Below the pieces are notes generated by a model. The model was not told the origin of the DNA. It ran no database searches and was given only the letters and a program-made list of their open reading frames with translations. Both the position numbers and the translations under genes were made by a program. Positions 58,901 to 64,000 of a stretch of DNA of 64,000 nt are shown piece by piece (position 1 is the stretch's first letter; every line of letters begins with the position of its first letter). The stretch lies in assembly GCA_964389675.1 (NCBI GenBank), contig CAYMEV010000001.1, positions 1-64,000 of the forward strand. The letters run 5' to 3'. Origin of the DNA: an uncultured Candidatus Sumerlaeota bacterium (GTDB lineage Bacteria; CAYMEV01).

Positions 58901-60107
58901 TCCTGTAGAAGGCCGGACCCTGATCATGGCTTTGCTCCAGGAGCCTGTAAACCGGAATTGGCCTGCTTTTCCCCTTAAAGGACAGCCTGCCGATATATAC
59001 GCTTTTATAATCATTCCTTATAGATTTCGCAATGGACCGGGAAAACCATATCTCCCCCGCAGGAGCCTTTGCCATAAACCTTGCCGCCTGATTCACAGTA
59101 TCACTCAATGCTGTATATTCGCACCTTTCATCTGTTCCTGTAAACCCTGTAAATGCCATTCCTGAAGTCATCCCCGCTTTTATTCTATTTCCAGCAAATA
59201 ACTTTACAGCTTTAATAAAATCAACTGACCTTCTTATATTACCCTCATAGTATACCGGTGCACCAAAGATGATAAGCATGACTCCTCCCTTGTCCCCGAA
59301 CTCAACACGGTTAAAATAGCCCCCGAAATCATCGCAGTATCCTGTTATATTTTTTATAAGCTCATCAAGCTCATCATGCATTAATGAAGAATCAAAATAT
59401 ATGAACAGAGTGACTACTTTTCTGAATTCACCTGTCTGTCCACCCTGAAATAATTGTTCAGGAAAAAAAAGGGATGCAATCTCTTCAGGTATAAAATCAA
59501 TCCTGCGGCGAACCTGCGGCTTGATCCTTCTGCATGATATAAGCCTGTATCTTTTGTCTCTGATCAGATCTGCTTTAACTTCCTCTTCTCCAACCAGAGT
59601 GTCATCTATGATAATTTCTGATCCCTCGCAGAATTTCTGGTTTTCAATGCTGTTACTTATTGTCTCACCCCTGAAATAATAGACCCTGTGCCTGTCTCCA
59701 AGTATACCCCATTCCACGTTCCCTGATGATAGGCTCAACTTGAAAGAAAGCTCATATGTCCCGAACCTGGTATTCTGGATTTCTATCTGCCCCAGGATCT
59801 CCCTGATCCTTAAGGAACAGGATAAGGCATTAAGGATCCCTGTATCCTTAAAGATCACTGTAAATGCATCCCCTGCAAAACCGGACACAAATCCCCCGAA
59901 CAGGTGAATTGTGCTTATTAGAGGGTCAAAGACATTATTAAGTATCTTTGCAAGTATCTCAGCTCCCTCGGTCCCTTTCTCCATCAGCTTTTCTGTCATT
60001 GGAGTAAACCCGGAAATGTCAAGATGCATTATAACTGCATAGAAACTGCCTTCACACCTTCTGGAAGAAACCATTTCAGAAATAAAACCGGGCAGCAGAT
60101 TCTTCAT
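55959..60107 (-). CDS. Class III adenylate cyclase (two domains) plus STAND ATPase plus TPR repeats
   Basis: LDISGFT, FAGDA, GDKG, YTALSDTVNQAAR; GEAGIGKS Walker A; ICIED Walker B; many TPRs. Confidence 0.88.
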   Translation of the reverse strand: MKNLLPGFISEMVSSRRCEGSFYAVIMHLDISGFTPMTEKLMEKGTEGAEILAKILNNVFDPLISTIHLFGGFVSGFAGDAFTVIFKDTGILNALSCSLRIREILGQIEIQNTRFGTYELSFKLSLSSGNVEWGILGDRHRVYYFRGETISNSIENQKFCEGSEIIIDDTLVGEEEVKADLIRDKRYRLISCRRIKPQVRRRIDFIPEEIASLFFPEQLFQGGQTGEFRKVVTLFIYFDSSLMHDELDELIKNITGYCDDFGGYFNRVEFGDKGGVMLIIFGAPVYYEGNIRRSVDFIKAVKLFAGNRIKAGMTSGMAFTGFTGTDERCEYTALSDTVNQAARFMAKAPAGEIWFSRSIAKSIRNDYKSVYIGRLSFKGKSRPIPVYRLLEQSHDQGPAFYRNEMIGRQDELSLLKESAKPVYNGKFGGIIIIYGEAGIGKSRLLDEFVRKESAFAAFMQSDNLLKTGFNPLKYFALNYFRQSGKADPEQFNSVYERMLKSLKKLKDARADNVLGELIRLKSVISAQLGLDINDPYYSSLDSRGRYENTVTAYNELLKALSLLKPLIICIEDIQYLDEGTQEVFRLLCRTGNDYPFLIAGTSRFDDDGGKPVLKVDKEIVQREIVIDRLNDREAESLINEHIKAEEPLKKLIISKAENNPFYLEQIIQYIKENRLMGKSLKDISIPESIYSIIIARIDRLVTDLKQIVKVASVLGREFEIAILRKIIKGLGLLPQTVHEQEKLEQLENKNIWMKLSLLKYIFKHALLQKTAYEMQLKSTLRKCHLYAARNIEEAYKGSENRYYEIAYHYYNAEEKSKAIEYYNKSAFYFTKRFENQKALECFDVLLQMCDESEKLFEYNFHRITILELIGRTDQCIDELRGLIKKAKSMNNILYQLKFQNQLICLLHMKGDMDEAYDICRETIETAVEFGNKNELAISYGNMGKLYFRQNKYDEARQYFLYQLHSAEETGDMTGMSSASGNMGNAYVEQGNYEKAMEYYRASYETAEKSGNKRNSASALGSIGRVYSNTGNMDKALKYYLMKEEISKEIGDKGNLSTVNGNLGILYHVQGYMEEALERYEKAKALFIEIGDKLGLCLITGNIGVLYSDMGKFDEALASFEIQLKTAKEIANKKGIILSTANMGKTLIEKGDFLNSLKYIEESRKIAQEIGDKPALCELSSYKAWLYRLKGNYKRSIALYNSTASIAKELGDYKAESLAYCNIASVYRMMNELESASGFIDRSLKLSKRVNVRYDSCFIFIEKARISFETGGYETALDFITEAEKIAEELGNKSFLFDSKILHARIHANKDKKIALDILKKLKKKYEGCLQENALVNFEIYMLDGSENCRTEALKSLGELYKKTRNYEYKLMIDRIKKDAFVN

Positions 60108-60185
60108 ATTCTGTATTTTAGTGTTTTAGTATAAAAAAGCAATAATATCATTTTCAGGATGCAGTACAGTTCCTGAAGATGGGAT

Positions 60186-61130
60186 TTATTTATAGCTGTC
60201 CTTATAGGTATTGTATATCTTCTTTATATGTGCACATGACGGATCTTCTTTTATTCCTTTATCCCAGCACCCGATCGCTGACTGGTGATAGATATCGGCA
60301 TCGTCATAGTTGCCGTTGGCATCAGCTTCACGGGCTTTACCGATATATGCAAGGCCCATGTTCAGGTAGCATATGGCCACCAGTTCTTCCAGCGTCTGCC
60401 CTGCGGCGATAACCTTTTTATGCTCTCTAAGAATATTTATGCCATTTTTTGACCAGTATATGCACTCATCATATAATCCACCCCTAAGATAACCAAGCCC
60501 AATATTGAGATAAGCCTCGCCTATTGACGGATCAAGGTCCTTGGCAATCCTGAAACATGCAATAGCTTCAACGTTCTTTTCCTCGTCCTGATAATCCACT
60601 CCATCATCATAGAAATCTAAGGCTGATTTCTCAATATCAGGAAGGTAGGCCTCATAATTGTCTCCTGGTATATTATAGTCAGGATCAAATTCCAATGCAT
60701 AGCAGAATGATTTTAATGCATCTTCGAGGTGTTTCTGCTTTTTAGAATTATTAGAAGCTAGATCCATTTTCCGCAAATAAACTACACCCAGATTATTTGC
60801 AGTTATTGCAAGCAGCCTTTCAAAGCTCTGCTCTGCAGAGATCTTCTTATCAGTCTCAATAAAAGTATCCAGTGCTTTTAATGTATATTCCTCGCCTTTA
60901 TCAAGGTCGTTTTTTTCAATATATATAAGCCCTATATTCAGGTAAACCTCACCTATAGAAGTATCATAACCAAGCGCTTCCAGGTATTTTTCCAGGGCCT
61001 TGTCCGGTTTATTGCCGTCATGAAAGTCCACGCCCTCATTATATAATTCAACAGCTTTATCATGATTATCAGCAAATAAAAATGTGCATACAGAAACAAT
61101 CAGCATAAAAAACAGGATATACCTTTTCAT
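60186..61130 (-). CDS. Secreted TPR protein with internal duplication
   Basis: GGAGG RBS before MKRYIL signal peptide; TPR repeats in two similar halves. Confidence 0.8.
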   Translation of the reverse strand: MKRYILFFMLIVSVCTFLFADNHDKAVELYNEGVDFHDGNKPDKALEKYLEALGYDTSIGEVYLNIGLIYIEKNDLDKGEEYTLKALDTFIETDKKISAEQSFERLLAITANNLGVVYLRKMDLASNNSKKQKHLEDALKSFCYALEFDPDYNIPGDNYEAYLPDIEKSALDFYDDGVDYQDEEKNVEAIACFRIAKDLDPSIGEAYLNIGLGYLRGGLYDECIYWSKNGINILREHKKVIAAGQTLEELVAICYLNMGLAYIGKAREADANGNYDDADIYHQSAIGCWDKGIKEDPSCAHIKKIYNTYKDSYK

Positions 61131-61257
61131 TTTACCCTCCTTTTCTTTAAGGTATGGCAATCTATAAGAAGATCAGCGCTGATTCAAAAAGAGCCTTATT
61201 TGATAATATTCCTGAAAATCAAAATATTCAAATAATTTTAGTATTTTAATTCCAGTA

Positions 61258-61533
61258 TTAATATCCATGGCAGCTACAGGCTTTAGGTATTGCACTGAAC
61301 AGCAGAGAGCTGAAAACATTCTGAGAATTCCTGCCAACTGAGAACTGAGGTTTATAAATAAAACAAATTATTCTATTAATAAGATAAAAAATGATTATGG
61401 ATGTCCCGATCCCAGGCTTTAAGATCATTATCAGGCTCTTTGAAGGGCCTGCTATTAGCCCGAACAGTCCCATAGCAAGCAAGATAATGCGAAAAAACCA
61501 CCAGGCAGTCTCCCCTTTCCGATGATTTTCCAT
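61258..61533 (-). CDS. Hypothetical small membrane protein (doubtful)
   Basis: 91-aa ORF with two hydrophobic stretches filling the gap; no recognised motif. Confidence 0.3.
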   Translation of the reverse strand: MENHRKGETAWWFFRIILLAMGLFGLIAGPSKSLIMILKPGIGTSIIIFYLINRIICFIYKPQFSVGRNSQNVFSSLLFSAIPKACSCHGY

Positions 61534-61590
61534 ATCTGTCAGGTTCTTTCGATTTTTTCTCCTTTCATGCAGTCAGTTTTTTGGAATTCT

Positions 61591-63789
61591 CTACTGTATT
61601 CTTATTCTTTTTATTTTTGATTCTGCAATCTTTCCAATGATCCTGAAAAAATAGCCTCTTTTTTTTGAGTACTCAAGTATCCTGTCCCTGAAGGAAGGCG
61701 GAAATGCAATAAGAAGCCCGCCTGAGGTCTGTGCATCAGCAAGCACTAATCGGTCAGCTTCTGAAATTCTCTCCGACCATTCCATGGCCGGTAATGCATT
61801 TTTGAGGTTGTTCCTTGTTTTGCCGGGGACTATTCCTTGCCCCAGCAGTTCATAGGCTGATTCTATGACCGGCATGCGCTCCATATCCAATATCGCTTCA
61901 AGGTTTGAATCCCCGATCATTTCCGTGAGATGGCCAAGAAGGCCGAAACCCGTAATATCAGTGCAAGCACTGACATGAAATTCAGAGAACATATCCAGTC
62001 TATTGTTAAGCTCTGCCATCACACGAATGGCATATTCTGCAGTTTTAGTGCTGACAGCCCTCTTTTTCATTCCTGCACAGATGATGCCTGATCCAAGAGG
62101 TTTTGTGATTGCCAGCAGATCACCATCCCTTGCAGTATTATTTTTAATTATTCTATCAGAATCTATAATTCCGGTCACGGCCATGCCGTATTTCAACTCA
62201 CTATCCTCTACAGAGTGTCCTCCTATAATATTAATCCCTGCTTCCGCTGCTTTATCATGAGCTCCTTTCAGTACCCTCTCAAGAACATGCAAAGGAAGCT
62301 TTGAGACAGGATAGCACAGGATGCTAAGCCCAAACAGGGGGGCTGCACCCATGGCATAAATATCGCTGAGAGCATTGGAGCAGGCAATCTGCCCATATGA
62401 GTATGGATCGTCAACAATAGGGGTGAAAAAATCAACAGACCCTACAATTGCCTTATTGTTTCCAATTTCAAATACCGCTGAATCATCACTGCTGTCATTT
62501 GAGACAAGTATTTTTTCCCCGGGCTTCACTATAAAGCTTTTCATAATACCTGCTAAAATATCCTGGTCTATCTTGCAGCTGCATCCCAGATGATTGCTGA
62601 AGGCTGTCAGCCTGATCTCCGCCGGTTCCGAATTATCGCTTACAGCTATTTGCGTGTCTTTCATCAAATGATCAGCAGCTCTTTCAAGAATCAAACAGGC
62701 AGCATCCGCTTCGCTCTTTTTCATCATAAGGCCGACCGATATCCTTATGGCCCCCATTATATAATCTGCAGAGATCCCCATGGCTTTCAGCACATGTGAT
62801 GCTTCCTTGATATCAGCATGGCACGCTGAACCTGTGCTTACAGCAATACCTTCTGCAAGGGCAGTCAGCCTGTTTGCTGAGATGCCCTTGAAGGCAATGC
62901 TCAGGGTATTCGGCAGGGAATTTTCCAGGTCTGTTATGATCAGAAGGTCCCTGATATTTTTTGAAAGCCTTTCAGCGATGTAATTTCTTAATTCCAGGAG
63001 GTATGCCGAGTTTCTTTCAAGGTCCCTTTTCATGATCTCACATGCTTTCCCCAGGCCTGCTATCTCAAGAAGGTTTTCAGTCCCCGGCCTCAGGTCTCTT
63101 TCATGGTTTGCCCCATGAATGATCTTATTAAGAACTGTCCCATTTCTAATATACAAAGCGCCAATACCCTTGGGGGCATAAAGCTTATGCCCGGCGATAG
63201 ACAGCAGGTCTATCCGGCTCTTTTCCACATCAACCCTGATCTTTCCCACGGATTGGGCAGCATCGCTGTGAAAAGCAATCCCAAAATTTTTTGCAGTTTC
63301 CCCAATTTCATCAACCGGCTGAATTGACCCTACCTCATTATTTGAATGCATAACAGTTATAAGGATAGTCTCTTCTGTTATTGCGTTTTTAAGGTCCGTC
63401 ACCGATATCACCCCATACCTGTCGACCGGCAGAAGGCTATGGGTAAATCCTATGTGGCTGAGGTGCTCAAGCACTTCCAATACTGCAGGATGCTCCACTT
63501 CTGTTGATATTATGTGTTTTCCTTTCTCTCTGTTTGCCATCGCATACCCTGCAATAGCAATATTATTTGATTCTGTGCCTCCGCTCGTAAATATAATTTC
63601 ATGCGGCTTTGCATTAATAATGGCGGCAGCCATTGCCCTTGAACCCTCAATTGCCTTTTTTGCTGTTCTGCCATAAAAATGATCACTTGATGGATTTCCA
63701 AATATATCATAAAGATAGGGCTTCATAGCATCAGCAACTTCCGGCAGTATGGGTGTCGTTGCATTATAGTCCAGGTAAATAGGTTTCAT
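61591..63789 (-). CDS. selD: Cysteine desulfurase/selenocysteine lyase fused to selenophosphate synthetase
   Basis: N-terminal YLDYNATT, AGHKLYAPKG, TGSACHA; C-terminal GCSCKI, DFFTP, NALSDIYAMG, GGHS, TDITGFGL, DAQTSGGLL. Confidence 0.9.
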   Translation of the reverse strand: MKPIYLDYNATTPILPEVADAMKPYLYDIFGNPSSDHFYGRTAKKAIEGSRAMAAAIINAKPHEIIFTSGGTESNNIAIAGYAMANREKGKHIISTEVEHPAVLEVLEHLSHIGFTHSLLPVDRYGVISVTDLKNAITEETILITVMHSNNEVGSIQPVDEIGETAKNFGIAFHSDAAQSVGKIRVDVEKSRIDLLSIAGHKLYAPKGIGALYIRNGTVLNKIIHGANHERDLRPGTENLLEIAGLGKACEIMKRDLERNSAYLLELRNYIAERLSKNIRDLLIITDLENSLPNTLSIAFKGISANRLTALAEGIAVSTGSACHADIKEASHVLKAMGISADYIMGAIRISVGLMMKKSEADAACLILERAADHLMKDTQIAVSDNSEPAEIRLTAFSNHLGCSCKIDQDILAGIMKSFIVKPGEKILVSNDSSDDSAVFEIGNNKAIVGSVDFFTPIVDDPYSYGQIACSNALSDIYAMGAAPLFGLSILCYPVSKLPLHVLERVLKGAHDKAAEAGINIIGGHSVEDSELKYGMAVTGIIDSDRIIKNNTARDGDLLAITKPLGSGIICAGMKKRAVSTKTAEYAIRVMAELNNRLDMFSEFHVSACTDITGFGLLGHLTEMIGDSNLEAILDMERMPVIESAYELLGQGIVPGKTRNNLKNALPAMEWSERISEADRLVLADAQTSGGLLIAFPPSFRDRILEYSKKRGYFFRIIGKIAESKIKRIRIQ

Positions 63790-63915
63790 GACAGATCTCC
63801 TGTTCTTAGTCCGTTCTAAAAAATATAATATGAACCATAATATTAATAAATAAATTTATGGACAAAATGAACCAAAAGCGATTATTTATTGTTATAATTC
63901 TGATGATAAATATTT

Positions 63916-64000
63916 ATGAAAGCTATTAATTCAGAAACAATTTTAAAAATTTCGGTAATTATATTGCTGTGTATAGCATTTTCAATCTTTTTCAACCATT
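63916..64000 (+). CDS. Partial CDS with N-terminal hydrophobic segment, truncated by window end
   Basis: MKAINSETILKISVIILLCIAFSIFFNH open to the window edge. Confidence 0.35.
   Translation, partial: MKAINSETILKISVIILLCIAFSIFFNH

Noticed and set aside
61539-61568. Selenoprotein by TGA read-through downstream of selD (MKGEKIERT-TGA)
   Set aside because: Read-through product is short, with no recognisable redox motif or SECIS-like hairpin
1-64000. CRISPR array, rRNA, transposases, prophage
   Set aside because: No regularly spaced repeats, rRNA-like tracts, or transposase/phage motifs seen

Overview
A gene-dense, AT-rich chromosomal segment from a diderm bacterium (LPS genes waaA, lpxK, gmhA, hldA, hldC), probably an anaerobic fermenter; I cannot assign the taxon. 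Housekeeping content: peptidoglycan recycling (namZ, mpl), tRNA-Leu(TAA), the ffh-rpsP-khpA-rimM-trmD cluster, mazG, cysteine desulfurase/IscU-like pair, plsB, hflX, DEAD-box helicase, miaB, cysteine synthase. Myxobacteria-like signalling genes: extended MglA GTPase, PEGA Ser/Thr kinase, TPR proteins, STAND adenylate cyclase. The strongest candidate for an undescribed system follows a butyrate kinase / 2-oxoacid:ferredoxin oxidoreductase operon. It is a 1675-aa protein combining an HD domain, HEAT-like repeats, a NadD-like nucleotidyltransferase, a possible GNAT region and a degenerate phosphoribosyltransferase-like tail, paired with an LDH/MDH-like protein with altered catalytic residues. Other notable items: a NifS-SelD fusion, a gene apparently starting at ATA, a degenerate GGDEF protein with an intact I-site, and a FabD-like/ACP pair lacking the malonyl-binding Arg. 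I saw no mobile element or CRISPR array. All calls come from reading motifs by eye, without database searches.
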